A DNA stretch of 64,000 nucleotides from Eggerthellaceae bacterium (GTDB lineage: Bacteria > Actinomycetota > Coriobacteriia > Coriobacteriales > Eggerthellaceae). The translations under genes and the position numbers were made by a program. Location: positions 19,365 through 83,364 of the forward strand of contig JBGUXY010000053.1 in the NCBI GenBank assembly GCA_045118335.1, read 5' to 3'. Of this stretch, positions 1 through 9,642 are shown piece by piece (the first letter of the stretch is position 1; each line of letters opens with the position of its first letter). The notes under the pieces are model-generated. The model was not told the origin of the DNA, made no database searches, and worked only from the letters and a program-made list of their open reading frames with translations.

Positions 1-1597
1 GTTGCTGCAAGGGCTCGTAAACGTCTATCTTGAGCTGATTGAGCCCCATCACCTCGGCGCCGATCTCGTAGATTTTCTGGTACTGGGCGACTTCGGTAAT
101 TCGCGAAAACGTGAAGGTGGCGTTGAACCATTCGAGCTTCTCGCGGTGGTTGCTAAGAAGCGTCGCGTCGTTTTCGCTGTAATCCCGAAAGGCATCGGTG
201 TCGTAGCGCACCGCGCCCACCTCGTTGAGCAGCCGATAGTAATTGAACTTCTGGTGCAGCAGGAGCAGGTAGATGAACTTGTGCTGGTAACAGACGTGCT
301 TGAGGAACTCGCCGATAACATACGGCTCTTCCTGTGCATCCGAATACGAAGCAAGGCATGCCAGGTTTTCCGGGGTTATGCCCCATCTGATATCGGGCGA
401 GTCGACGAGCGTTTCTGGTTGAAGATAGGAATCGTCTGCATATGGCACGTTGACGTCGAAGCAGTTCGACAGGTAGAAGAGTTTCCTCTTCGTTTCGGCT
501 TCGGGTGCGTCTTGCGTGACCTCGGCGACGTAGACGAGGGAATTCGCCCTCATGGACTTGCGCCTGAGCTGGCCGGAAGCCGAGGTGTTGTCTCCTTTGT
601 ACGTTGCAGCCGGGGCATGGAAGAACAGGTAAGGGCGGCAGTTTTTCTCTTGCGCCGGCTTTGTCGCGGAATTCCCGCGAAGCAGGTCGCAGGCCAAGAG
701 TTTCCCGAGGTTGCACAGGGATATCCCATGCTCCAGGTTTCCGCTGTCCGCTACTTCCTTGTTGGAATAATCGCTGGAAACGGCTGGGAGGATGCGAACG
801 TTTTGAACCTTTTTCAGGTGGAACATGCCAGAGGCAACCCAATCCGCAACCGAGGTTTCGGGTTCGTCGGGGATGCGGAACGAAAGCTCGAAGACAAGAA
901 CGGCAATGCCCGTGGTGAACCAGTAGCAGTGAACGTGATGGATGTCGAAGAGGTAGTACCATCGGGATTGCTTGCTTTCGTTGGGCTGACTCCAATCCTC
1001 GGGCGGGGTCTTGGGGTATCGATGCGCTTTGAGGATGCGCCAGCAATCGCATGCTCTAAGCTTGGCAATGGCGGTTTCGTCGGCGCGTCCGTCTGGAAAG
1101 AACAGCTCTCCAAGTGTTCTTTCCTTCAGGTCTTGCGAGCCGTTATCGAGGATGGGGCCGTCGGGGAGCAGCTCCCTGTCGAGGTTGAAAAGCCCTAAGT
1201 CGTCCCCCGATTCCTTTTCGGCGACCTCTCGCAAAGCAGTCAGAAAGTCGCAAGGGTTGCCGGATTCTTCGGCGCCCTTGAACACATAATGCCGATACTT
1301 TCCGCTTCTGCTTTCGTCTCTTGTGTGCGAGTCACAGGAGCAGACGCCACTGGTCTTATCGGCGCCTGTGAGTACGCGATGCCGCCGTTTCCCGCTTTTG
1401 CCTTCGTCTCCGGTGCGCAGGCCGAAGATGTAGGAATAAAGGTAGAGCTCCTCGAGCGATTCGGAATCGTCGGATTCGACAAGCCGCCAGTTGGGTGTTT
1501 CCTGTGGGATGGTTACGTTTTCCAAGCTCCCTTCCGTTTTGCCCCTGCAAGCGAACGGCATGTAGATGAACGCCCGATTGATTCCCGCATTACCCAT
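1..1597 (-). CDS. Large hypothetical protein, 3' end runs off the window (ORF absent from the supplied track)
   Basis: Hand translation of the minus strand, in the frame codon-aligned with track ORF 2..1198(+), is open from 1789 down to the window edge. It reads like a natural protein (MPFACRGKTEGSLENVTIPQETPNWRLVESDDSESLEELYLYSYIFG ... SRWYYLFDIHHVHCYWFTTGIAVLVFELSF ... CYQHKFIYLLLLHQKFNYYRLLNEVGAV ... QYQKIYEIGAEVMGLNQLKIDVYEPLQQ). The + ORF translation is L/V/E/D/R-rich and shadow-like. In-frame ATGs lie at 1561, 1597, 1651 and 1672, and the true start is unresolved. No family recognised. Confidence 0.6.
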   Translation of the reverse strand, partial: MGNAGINRAFIYMPFACRGKTEGSLENVTIPQETPNWRLVESDDSESLEELYLYSYIFGLRTGDEGKSGKRRHRVLTGADKTSGVCSCDSHTRDESRSGKYRHYVFKGAEESGNPCDFLTALREVAEKESGDDLGLFNLDRELLPDGPILDNGSQDLKERTLGELFFPDGRADETAIAKLRACDCWRILKAHRYPKTPPEDWSQPNESKQSRWYYLFDIHHVHCYWFTTGIAVLVFELSFRIPDEPETSVADWVASGMFHLKKVQNVRILPAVSSDYSNKEVADSGNLEHGISLCNLGKLLACDLLRGNSATKPAQEKNCRPYLFFHAPAATYKGDNTSASGQLRRKSMRANSLVYVAEVTQDAPEAETKRKLFYLSNCFDVNVPYADDSYLQPETLVDSPDIRWGITPENLACLASYSDAQEEPYVIGEFLKHVCYQHKFIYLLLLHQKFNYYRLLNEVGAVRYDTDAFRDYSENDATLLSNHREKLEWFNATFTFSRITEVAQYQKIYEIGAEVMGLNQLKIDVYEPLQQ

Positions 1598-1770
1598 ATC
1601 AGCACACCAGCTACTGTTATCTTGGCTTCCATGCGCACCCAAAGCCTGCATGCGCACACACGACAACAGCATTATATCTTTGAGGGGACATATGATTGGT
1701 GGTTTTTGGTTTTCCTGACAGGGTGGTACCCTGTTGAAAGATGCTGGGCGCCTTGGGAAAGGAGTGGTTC

Positions 1771-4700
1771 GTGCCTGGAACATACAAGCTCAACGATAGC
1801 CGCACGGTCATCAAGGTGCAGTTCCCTTCGCGGCCGAGCGCGGAGTTTCGCGGCATCTTGAAAGACGCTGGGTTCAAGTGGGTTCCCAAGGAGCAGCTGT
1901 GGCGTGCGGCGAATACGCTCGAGCGCTTGCGCGCTGCCCAACGTGTGGCGGATCCCGACCGCGAGGTGCCCCAAGGCGCCCGTCCCATGAGCTTCAGCTT
2001 CGGAGACAGGCTCGATACGGCACAGAAAGCCGTGGTCATCGACACCGAAGGCCCGGTACTTGTGGTGGCGGGTCCAGGTGCGGGCAAGACCTCTACGATG
2101 GTGAAGCGGATATCGTACCTGGTGCAGGTGCGTGGCGTGCCCCCCGAACAGATCATGGTGGCGACGTATACCCGCAAGGCAGCAAAAGAGCTGCTCACGC
2201 GCATATCCAACGAGTTTTCGGGGATGGAGCATCCCGTCAACGTGGACAAGATGCTCATCGGCACGTTCCACTCGCTGTGTCAGCGCCTGCTTTCCGACTA
2301 TGCCGACCGGGCGGGGATGAAAAACTTCACCGTGCTCGAGGAATTCGACCAGCTGTTCATGGTGGAATACGGCAGGCAGTTTGGCGATTTGCGTCAGGCA
2401 GATCTGTTCAAGACGCCGTATGGGCACCCCATAAAGGGCGCCAAGTATGCCGGCAGGTTTGTGACCTGCGCGAACACCTTGTCTGAAGAGTGCGTGGCAA
2501 CCGGTGACCTTGCCTCGTGCAAAAAAGCGGGAGCCGCCGAGCTTGCAAGGTTCGTGGAGCAATATCGATGCGAGTTGGTCCAGCGCAACCAGATCGATTA
2601 CGCCGGGCTGCAAGTGCGCCTGCTCGACCTCCTGCGCAACGACCCGCAGGTGCTAGCCGAGCTGCGGGAGAAGATCAGCTACATCATCGTGGACGAATAC
2701 CAGGATGCGAATTTCATTCAGGAGCAGATCGTGCTGCTGCTGGCGGGAAGCGCCCAGAACGTGTGCGTGGTGGGCGACGACGATCAGAGTCTTTACCGGT
2801 TTCGCGGGGCCACCGTGCAAAACATACTCCAGTTCGAATCGAACTTCACCGGCGACAAGCGGTGCCGGCGCCATGATTTGGTGGTGAATTACCGCTCTCA
2901 GGTGGGCATCGTCGATTTCTGCCGTCGCTGGATAAGCAGCATGCCACGATACGAGGGCGATGCCACCTGGGGTGGATGCCGCTATGACAAGGCCATTGCG
3001 CCCAATCCCAAGTTCGATCCCGCGGGGGTTAATGCAATATCGGTGGTACGCTGCGATGCGCCTTGTGAAAATGCATGGCGCGAGCGCATGCTGCATTTTG
3101 TGCGCGACATCCAGCGCAGCGATCAGTTCGCCGACCTCAACCAGATTGCCTTCTTGTGCAGTTCTGTGAAATCTACCAAAATTCAAAACCTCATCGCGTA
3201 TTTCGAGGGCAATGGCGTTCCCGTCAACGCCCCACGTGCCAACATGTTCTTCCGACGTGAAGAGGTTCGCGTGGCACTTGGATGCCTGATGCGTTGCTTC
3301 CCCTCGTGCGACAACCCCGACATGGACGAACTCGATGGCTGCTGCATGGCGGCCGACGACGCCTTGTCGACATATCCCGAGCTGGCGGCTTGGGTAAAAC
3401 AGCGCCGCCAGGTGCACGAGAGGGCGGATGAGAAGGACCGCCTGGGCTATGCCTTCAGCGACCTGTTCTATCAGATGCTGTGTTTCGAGCCGTTTCGCGG
3501 TTGGCTCGACAAAACCGACTCGAGCGATATGTTAGATTCCGCCCAGGCGCGCAACCTCTCGCTCGTCGTGTCCATCTGCAGCCGTTTCGAAGTGGGCGAA
3601 AACTTCGTCCAGTTTACCGGGCGCAGCGTGAAAACCATGCCGCTTCGCTTCTTCAAGCGCTACCTTCCCGGCATCATCGACAGTGGGGTAGAAGAATACG
3701 AGGACGAGCGCGAGTACGCGCCTTCGGGGAAAGTGTCGTTTATGACGGTGCACCAGGCCAAGGGCATGGAGTTCCCCGTCGTGGTCGTGTGTTCGCTGGA
3801 AGACGAACCGTGGGGCGATAACGAGCCGCTTGTAGATGCGATCCGTTCCCTGAATAGAAAGCGCGATGAACTCGAGCGTCCTGAAGACCGTGCGAATTTT
3901 GACTTCTGGCGCAAGTACTACACCGCGTTTTCGCGGGCGCAGGATTTGCTGGTGTTGACAACGGCCGGAAGCACGAAAACTCCTTGGGGGCGCGTCAAGC
4001 CCGATCCGAGCGAGTGCTTTGCCAGCTTGGCGGGGTCTTTGCCATCCGTCGAGCGCTTGGATTTCCCGAGCCTGAAATTGCGCAAGGTCAAGCCTGCCAA
4101 CATCATGCGCACGTATGCTTTCACGTCTGACGTAGCTTCATACCAGGCCTGTCCTCGTCGCTACAAGTTCTTCCACGAGCTGGGCTTTCCGCAGGCCAGC
4201 GGCAAGGGGATGCTCTTCGGCACGCTCGTGCACCAATGCGTCGAAGACATCCATCGCATCGTGAAGCGTCGGCGCGACGCGGGAGAAGACGTGAGCAGGC
4301 TCTATATTCCACCGCAGGAAGTGCGTGGCATCGTCACGGAAAACCGCATCGCGCTCGAGCGGGCCGAGAACACGTATCTGCGGCAGATGGACGACGAGGT
4401 GATGAAGCAGGTGCTGAAGTACCTGAAGCATAGCAAGTCCATCTGGCGAGACGTGGTAGAGCCCGAAGCGGCGGTAAGCGAAGTGCGCGATGGGTTCGCT
4501 CTCAAAGGGGTGGTGGACCTAATACACGGCAGCGATGACTGCGTGGAGGTTGTCGACTTCAAGACGGGCGTGATGCCGAAGGAGGGCTCGTCACTGCTCC
4601 AGAAATACCTAAAGCAGATGCTTATCTACGTGCACTTGGTGCGCACGCAGCTGGGCTGCGAGGTTTCGGGCGCAAAGCTTTACTTCACGGGCGACAAAAC

Positions 4701-4869
4701 CGACCGTCCCGTGATAGACGTTGCTTTGGAAACGGCAGACATCGAGGCCCTGCTGCACGAATTCGACCAGGTGGTAAAGCGTATCGAGGCCTGTGACTTT
4801 TCGGCTATTGCCCAGGACGAGGCAGAGTGCAGGGGCTGCCCGCTGTCGGGGTATTGCGGCAGGGTGTAA
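1771..4869 (+). CDS. UvrD/PcrA-like SF1 helicase fused to a C-terminal PD-(D/E)XK (Cas4/AddB-like, Cys-cluster) nuclease domain
   Basis: Track ORF 1741..4869. Helicase motifs: Walker A VVAGPGAGKTS, IIVDEYQD, VGDDDQSLYRFRGA, NYRS, VHQAKGMEFPVVVV, YTAFSRAQDLL. C-terminal nuclease signature: YQACPRRY ... VVDLIHG..VEVVDFKTG ... QMLIYVHLV ... CRGCPLSGYC. Start moved to GTG 1771, with GGGAAAGGAG 6 nt upstream. Confidence 0.85.
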   Translation: MPGTYKLNDSRTVIKVQFPSRPSAEFRGILKDAGFKWVPKEQLWRAANTLERLRAAQRVADPDREVPQGARPMSFSFGDRLDTAQKAVVIDTEGPVLVVAGPGAGKTSTMVKRISYLVQVRGVPPEQIMVATYTRKAAKELLTRISNEFSGMEHPVNVDKMLIGTFHSLCQRLLSDYADRAGMKNFTVLEEFDQLFMVEYGRQFGDLRQADLFKTPYGHPIKGAKYAGRFVTCANTLSEECVATGDLASCKKAGAAELARFVEQYRCELVQRNQIDYAGLQVRLLDLLRNDPQVLAELREKISYIIVDEYQDANFIQEQIVLLLAGSAQNVCVVGDDDQSLYRFRGATVQNILQFESNFTGDKRCRRHDLVVNYRSQVGIVDFCRRWISSMPRYEGDATWGGCRYDKAIAPNPKFDPAGVNAISVVRCDAPCENAWRERMLHFVRDIQRSDQFADLNQIAFLCSSVKSTKIQNLIAYFEGNGVPVNAPRANMFFRREEVRVALGCLMRCFPSCDNPDMDELDGCCMAADDALSTYPELAAWVKQRRQVHERADEKDRLGYAFSDLFYQMLCFEPFRGWLDKTDSSDMLDSAQARNLSLVVSICSRFEVGENFVQFTGRSVKTMPLRFFKRYLPGIIDSGVEEYEDEREYAPSGKVSFMTVHQAKGMEFPVVVVCSLEDEPWGDNEPLVDAIRSLNRKRDELERPEDRANFDFWRKYYTAFSRAQDLLVLTTAGSTKTPWGRVKPDPSECFASLAGSLPSVERLDFPSLKLRKVKPANIMRTYAFTSDVASYQACPRRYKFFHELGFPQASGKGMLFGTLVHQCVEDIHRIVKRRRDAGEDVSRLYIPPQEVRGIVTENRIALERAENTYLRQMDDEVMKQVLKYLKHSKSIWRDVVEPEAAVSEVRDGFALKGVVDLIHGSDDCVEVVDFKTGVMPKEGSSLLQKYLKQMLIYVHLVRTQLGCEVSGAKLYFTGDKTDRPVIDVALETADIEALLHEFDQVVKRIEACDFSAIAQDEAECRGCPLSGYCGRV

Positions 4870-4941
4870 TCCTTGGCGCTGTGCTCTTGACCGCTTCAAA
4901 CGGTTACAATAAGTGCCGTTGCTGCTGCAAGGAGGTTGATC

Positions 4942-5619
4942 GTGACGGTTGGTGCCATATTCGATTGCGACGGTGTTTTGCTCGATTCCGCCAATGCCTG
5001 GCGCGATGCCGAAGATGAGCTCAGTCGACGGGCAGGCGTGAGCCTTTCCGACGAAGACAAGCGCGCGCTGGCGGCCATGACAATTGCCGAGGTTGGTGAT
5101 TTCTTTCACGATCGGTTTGCCCTGGGAGCGAGCGGAGCCGATGTGGTGGCCGCAATCGACGAGCTGATGCGGGATTTCTATGCCAGACGTGCCAAGCCGT
5201 TGCCGGGAGTGGCGGCATTTCTAGATGCGCTTGCCGAACGGGGCGTGCGTATGAGCGTGGTCTCGTCAACGCAAACGGACCTGCTGCGCTTGGGCTTGGC
5301 GCAAACAGGCCTTCTGCCGCGGTTTTGCAGCGTGCTTTCGGTCGAAGACCTGAACACGAACAAGCGCGAACCGCTCATCTACCGCAAGGCCATGGCCGAT
5401 ATGGGCACGACTCCAGAAACAACCTGGGGTTTCGACGACTCTTACTATGCCATCCAGGCCATGGCGGCCCAAGGTATCGCCACCGTGGGCGTCTACGATG
5501 CTCGCAATCCCTTCGAGTTGGAACTCCTGCGCCAGTACGCCGACGTTATCACCTGCGACTACGAGACGCTCGACATTGAACTGCTCGTCGGGACCCCATT
5601 GGGCCGCTCAAGCTCCTAA
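4942..5619 (+). CDS. HAD-superfamily hydrolase/phosphatase (subfamily IA-like)
   Basis: Track ORF 4936..5619. Has the DxDGxxxD nucleophile motif (AIFDCDGVLLDS) and a later VSS/T and FDDS motif. AAGGAGG at 4929-4935 favours GTG 4942 as the start. Confidence 0.8.
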   Translation: MTVGAIFDCDGVLLDSANAWRDAEDELSRRAGVSLSDEDKRALAAMTIAEVGDFFHDRFALGASGADVVAAIDELMRDFYARRAKPLPGVAAFLDALAERGVRMSVVSSTQTDLLRLGLAQTGLLPRFCSVLSVEDLNTNKREPLIYRKAMADMGTTPETTWGFDDSYYAIQAMAAQGIATVGVYDARNPFELELLRQYADVITCDYETLDIELLVGTPLGRSSS

Positions 5620-5659
5620 GTTACGAAAAGCCCTGCCCTCATTCCCAGGGCATGCAGCC

Positions 5660-6580
5660 TTACCGTCCGATCTCGTTTAAGTCGTACGGGGTGGCCTGAT
5701 ACAGGTAGTAGTTCGTCCAGTTGGTGTAGAGTAACTGGCCAGTGGCCTTCCAAACGTTGTGCGGCTCGGCGGTGGGGTCATCGTTTGGGAAGTAGTGTTC
5801 GGGAACGTTGGGGTTCAATCCGCGGTTCACGTCGCGTTCGTATTCCTGCTTGAGCGTGTCGTGGTCGTATTCGCCGTGGCCGAAAACGAAGAAGTCACGG
5901 CTGTCGGTGCTCTTAACTATCGCCACGCCCGCTTCGTCAGAAACCGCGATGACCTCGAGCTTGGGGCAGGCCAAGACGTCTTCAAGCTCCACTCCCGTAT
6001 AGCGTGAGTGCGGCATCTTGAACAACGTGTCGAATCCGCGCACGAGTGGGGAAGTGTGCTTCGAGAGCGTGTGCTCGTATACGCCGGAAAGCTTTTCTGG
6101 CAAGTTTACCTTCGGCACGCCATAGTGGTGGTAGATGCCCGCCATGGCCCCCCAGCAGATATAGAGCGTGCTGAACACGTGAGAGTGGGCCCAATCCATG
6201 ATTTCGCACAGCTCGGGCCAGTAGTCAACGTCTTCGAATTCCAGCAGCTCAACGGGGGCGCCGGTGATGATGAGACCGTCGAAACGGCTGTTGCGGACTT
6301 CGTCGAACGTGCAGTAGAAGCTTTCCAGGTGGTCGGCGGCGGTATTCGTCGAGGTGTAGGACGCCGTGCGGAGCAGCTCCACTTCTATCTGCAGCGGAGT
6401 GTTGGAAAGCTTGCGCAAGATCTGCGTTTCCGTGGCGACTTTCGTGGGCATCAGGTTCAGCAGGAGCACGCGCAGCGGGCGGATGTCTTGGTGCATGGCG
6501 CGATACTCGGTCATCACGAAGATGTTCTCGCTTTCCAGGATGCTTGTTGCGGGCAGTTGGTCGGGAATCTTGATAGGCAT
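5660..6580 (-). CDS. metA: Homoserine O-acyltransferase MetA (acetyl/succinyl)
   Basis: Track ORF 5660..6613. [47 protein letters not shown] is the classic MetA N-terminus. ATG 6580 is preceded by AAAGGAG. Confidence 0.9.
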   Translation of the reverse strand: MPIKIPDQLPATSILESENIFVMTEYRAMHQDIRPLRVLLLNLMPTKVATETQILRKLSNTPLQIEVELLRTASYTSTNTAADHLESFYCTFDEVRNSRFDGLIITGAPVELLEFEDVDYWPELCEIMDWAHSHVFSTLYICWGAMAGIYHHYGVPKVNLPEKLSGVYEHTLSKHTSPLVRGFDTLFKMPHSRYTGVELEDVLACPKLEVIAVSDEAGVAIVKSTDSRDFFVFGHGEYDHDTLKQEYERDVNRGLNPNVPEHYFPNDDPTAEPHNVWKATGQLLYTNWTNYYLYQATPYDLNEIGR

Positions 6581-6800
6581 TAAACGCTCCTTTGCTGCTG
6601 TTTGGCGTTTCATTCTATCAGGGCAGTGGCGCCAGTCGTTATGCCAATTATCGGCATTGCGTTACGCCTAGAACCGATAGCCAACTATCAGTTGCCATAA
6701 AATGGGTATCCCTTGTTGTGGCTCGAGAAAAATGTGACTTTGAAACAGCAGGGAATAGATGCATACTGTTCTACGATTGCATCTTTTAAGGAGGTATCTC

Positions 6801-7613
6801 ATGGAGTCGTCGTGCACCTGTCCAAGCTGCGGGAAGATCGTGCAACAGCAAGCCTTGTTCTGTCCGAATTGTGGTGCAAGCATTGCGCCAGGTTCACCTG
6901 TGGCCAGCGATGGCCCTAGCGCCATTCCCCAGCCGACCACAGACGTTGTTGAAAAGGCAGCTCAAAACGTATCGGCAACTCAGAACGCTGCTGGCGAAGC
7001 GATGCCGATTGAAACTTGGCCACCCCAGGCGCAGCAGCCGATGCAGGCTCCTGTTATCGACCAGACGCGGGTCGCGCAAGCGCCTCAACCTTATCCCTAT
7101 GCGCCCGCGCAGCCAACCGGGCAGTTTGGCGCTTCAAGCGCTCCCGCGCCGATAGACAAGTACAAGACGCTGGGAGGGTGGTTGCTGGTATTCGTCATCT
7201 TGAACATCATCGATGCGCTCAGCGGTTTTGGACAACTTGTCCAAAGCTTGTCGGCGGGGATGGGCCCAAACGTCTTTTTCGTCCTCGTTATGCTCGTCGA
7301 AATAGCCTTTGATGTGGTGTTCGTGGTCTTCATCGTCGGCCGCAACGTCAACGTGCTAAGGCTCTTCCAGGCTGGAAAGGTAATTATCGGCGTTTTGCAG
7401 GCAATCATGAATCTAACCGCCATACCAGAGGCTATGTACTATGGAAGCCGAGCCATGCTGGGTGGGATCATCGCCCAAACCGCTGGCACCCTGGTTGGCG
7501 CTGGGGTGGGTCTGGTTCTTCTGACGATGTATTTCTGCAAGTCGGTGCGAGTACGTACGTACATGGGGTCCACCGAATACCAGGACAGGGCTTTCTTCCG
7601 CATCGGCGTATGA
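6801..7613 (+). CDS. Zinc-ribbon N-terminus plus multi-pass membrane protein, unknown function
   Basis: Track ORF 6759..7613. ATG 6801 sits behind AAGGAGG. MESSCTCPSCGKIVQQQALFCPNCG (CxxC..CxxC) is followed by a P/Q/A-rich linker and several hydrophobic helices. Confidence 0.6.
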   Translation: MESSCTCPSCGKIVQQQALFCPNCGASIAPGSPVASDGPSAIPQPTTDVVEKAAQNVSATQNAAGEAMPIETWPPQAQQPMQAPVIDQTRVAQAPQPYPYAPAQPTGQFGASSAPAPIDKYKTLGGWLLVFVILNIIDALSGFGQLVQSLSAGMGPNVFFVLVMLVEIAFDVVFVVFIVGRNVNVLRLFQAGKVIIGVLQAIMNLTAIPEAMYYGSRAMLGGIIAQTAGTLVGAGVGLVLLTMYFCKSVRVRTYMGSTEYQDRAFFRIGV

Positions 7614-7668
7614 CGCATTGCGGAGCGTCTCGGTTTATTGTGCGAAAGATTTAGGCGAAAGGATTGCA

Positions 7669-8943
7669 ATGAGTTACCAGACAGGTACCACATGTGTTCA
7701 GGGTGGCTATCATCCGGGCAACGGCGAGCCGCGGCAGATTCCCATCGTGCAGTCCACCACGTTCCGCTACGAGAGCAGCGAAGCTATGGGCAGGCTCTTC
7801 GACTTGGAAGAGAGCGGGTACTTCTACACGAGGCTTCAGAATCCCACCAACGATTACGTGGCGGCCAAGATTGCCGAGCTTGAAGGTGGCAGTGCGGCTA
7901 TGCTCACGTCGAGCGGGCAGGCGGCTAACTTCTACAGCATCTTCAATATCGCGAATTGTGGCGATCACGTTGTCTGCAGCAGCTCCATCTACGGTGGCAC
8001 GTATAACTTGTTCGCGGTGACCATGGCCAAGATGGGCATCGAGTTCACCTTCGTGGATCCCTATTGCTCCGATGAGGAATTGCAGGCGGCTTTCCGCCCG
8101 AACACCAAGGCGGCATTTGGCGAGACTATCGCAAACCCAGCGCTTTCGGTGCTCGACATCGAGCGTTTTGCAAAAGCGGCGCATGCCCACGGCGTGCCGT
8201 TGATTGTTGACAACACGTTCCCTACGCCGGTTATGTGTCGGCCCTTCGAGTGGGGGGCAGATATCGTCACGCATTCCACCACGAAATACATCGATGGTCA
8301 CGGTGGTGGAGTGGGCGGTGCCATCGTCGACAGCGGTCGTTTCGACTGGGCGGCACATGCAGACAAGTTCCCCGGTCTGTGCACTCCCGACGATAGCTAT
8401 CATGGCGTTGTCTACGTCGAGCGTTTCGGGCTTGAGGGCGCGTTCATCACGAAGGCGACAGCCCAGCTCATGAGAGATTTTGGGAGCATTCAAAGTCCGC
8501 AGAACGCGTTCTTGCTAAACCTTGGCCTTGAAAGCCTGCATGTGCGCATGAAGCGTCATTGCGAAAACGGCATGGCGGTTGCCAAATTCCTGGCGAGTCA
8601 TCCGAAGGTCACTTGGGTTCGCTATCCTAGCCTGGAAGGGGACGAGGCTTACGATTTGGCCTGCAAGTACCTGCCCGATGGCTCGTGCGGCGTGGTGAGC
8701 TTCGGCGTTCAGGGTGGACGTGCAGCTGCCGAGGAATTCATGGGACGCTTGCAGCTGGCTCAGATTGCCACGCACGTAGCCGATGCGCGCACGTGCTGCC
8801 TGCATCCTGCGTCGAGCACGCATCGCCAGATGAGCGACGACGAGCTGCGAGCTGCCGGCGTTGCCCCCGACCTGGTGCGCTATTCTTGCGGTTTGGAAGA
8901 CGCCGAAGACCTGACTGCCGATATTGAACAAGCTCTCGGGTAG
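7669..8943 (+). CDS. metY: O-acetylhomoserine aminocarboxypropyltransferase/sulfhydrylase (PLP-dependent)
   Basis: Track ORF 7618..8943. MSYQTGTTCVQGGYHPGNGEPRQIPIVQSTTFRYESSEAMGRLFDLEESGYFYTRLQNPTN is typical of MetY/CysD. The PLP lysine context STTKYIDGHG is present. ATG 7669 follows GAAAGGA. Confidence 0.9.
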   Translation: MSYQTGTTCVQGGYHPGNGEPRQIPIVQSTTFRYESSEAMGRLFDLEESGYFYTRLQNPTNDYVAAKIAELEGGSAAMLTSSGQAANFYSIFNIANCGDHVVCSSSIYGGTYNLFAVTMAKMGIEFTFVDPYCSDEELQAAFRPNTKAAFGETIANPALSVLDIERFAKAAHAHGVPLIVDNTFPTPVMCRPFEWGADIVTHSTTKYIDGHGGGVGGAIVDSGRFDWAAHADKFPGLCTPDDSYHGVVYVERFGLEGAFITKATAQLMRDFGSIQSPQNAFLLNLGLESLHVRMKRHCENGMAVAKFLASHPKVTWVRYPSLEGDEAYDLACKYLPDGSCGVVSFGVQGGRAAAEEFMGRLQLAQIATHVADARTCCLHPASSTHRQMSDDELRAAGVAPDLVRYSCGLEDAEDLTADIEQALG

Positions 8944-8977
8944 CGCGTCATTCGTGAATATCTTCTGGAAATGAGGG

Positions 8978-9006
8978 CTCGGTCAGCGGATGTTCCGTTG
9001 ACCGAG
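8978..9006 (+). terminator. Stem-loop after metY (8-bp stem CTCGGTCA/TGACCGAG)
   Basis: The inverted repeat was read directly. The downstream sequence is only weakly T-rich. Confidence 0.4.
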
Positions 9007-9027
9007 TGCCTTTGCGCTTCGTATACT
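8998..9027 (+). promoter_or_regulatory. Candidate sigma70-type promoter for rplM-rpsI
   Basis: TTGACC (8998-9003), an 18-nt spacer, then TATACT (9022-9027). This implies a leader of about 170 nt before rplM. Confidence 0.35.
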
Positions 9028-9204
9028 TTCAAAGTTGCTTTCAAAAGCCCCGTAACGCAGCTCTTGTTTCGGAACGGTGGATGGAATGTCCAGACCGGAA
9101 GCCGTGCTGGCGTAGGAACCCAGCGCCGGAGCACCTGCACTTTTGAAAAACGACATGCCTGCGAGGCCATAAGCCAAGCAGGTGCCATCGCAATGGAGGA
9201 AACA

Positions 9205-9639
9205 GTGAAGACGTATTACGCAAAGCCCGGCGAAGTCGAGCGCGAATGGGTCCTCATCGATGCGGAAGACCAGGTTTTGGGTCGCATCGCTACCGAGGCC
9301 GCTCGCATTCTGAAGGGCAAGCACAAGCCGCAGTACACCCCGCACGTTGACACGGGCGACTTCGTCGTCATCATCAATGCCGACAAGATTCGCCTCACCG
9401 GTACCAAGGCTGCTCAGAAGACCTACTATCGTCACAGCGGTTATCCCGGTGGTCTGAAGAGCGAGACGTTCGCCGAGGCCATGGCCAAGCATCCCGAGCG
9501 CGTGGTCGAGCATGCCGTGAAGGGCATGCTGCCCAAGAACACGCTCGGCCGCAAGCAGGGCATGAAGCTCAAGGTCTATGCCGGCCCCGAACATCCGCAT
9601 GCGGCGCAGAAGCCCCGCCAGATCAAGATTGGAGAATAA
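9205..9639 (+). CDS. rplM: 50S ribosomal protein L13
   Basis: Track ORF 8971..9639. [62 protein letters not shown] aligns with E. coli L13 from residue 1. GTG 9205 lies 5 nt after GGAGG, and ATG 9193 is the alternative start. Confidence 0.95.
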   Translation: MKTYYAKPGEVEREWVLIDAEDQVLGRIATEAARILKGKHKPQYTPHVDTGDFVVIINADKIRLTGTKAAQKTYYRHSGYPGGLKSETFAEAMAKHPERVVEHAVKGMLPKNTLGRKQGMKLKVYAGPEHPHAAQKPRQIKIGE

Positions 9640-9642
9640 CCC

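Noticed and set aside
2-1198. 398-aa + strand ORF, the longest ORF at the window start
   Set aside because: Its translation is L/V/E/D/R/G-rich with almost no W/Y/N/K, typical of an antisense shadow in high-GC DNA. The codon-aligned minus frame is open over a longer span and gives a natural-looking protein.
6581-6800. SAM riboswitch or other methionine leader upstream of metA, the zinc-ribbon gene or metY
   Set aside because: No SAM-I or SAM-IV conserved core sequence could be recognised on either strand. Only short unremarkable palindromes are present.
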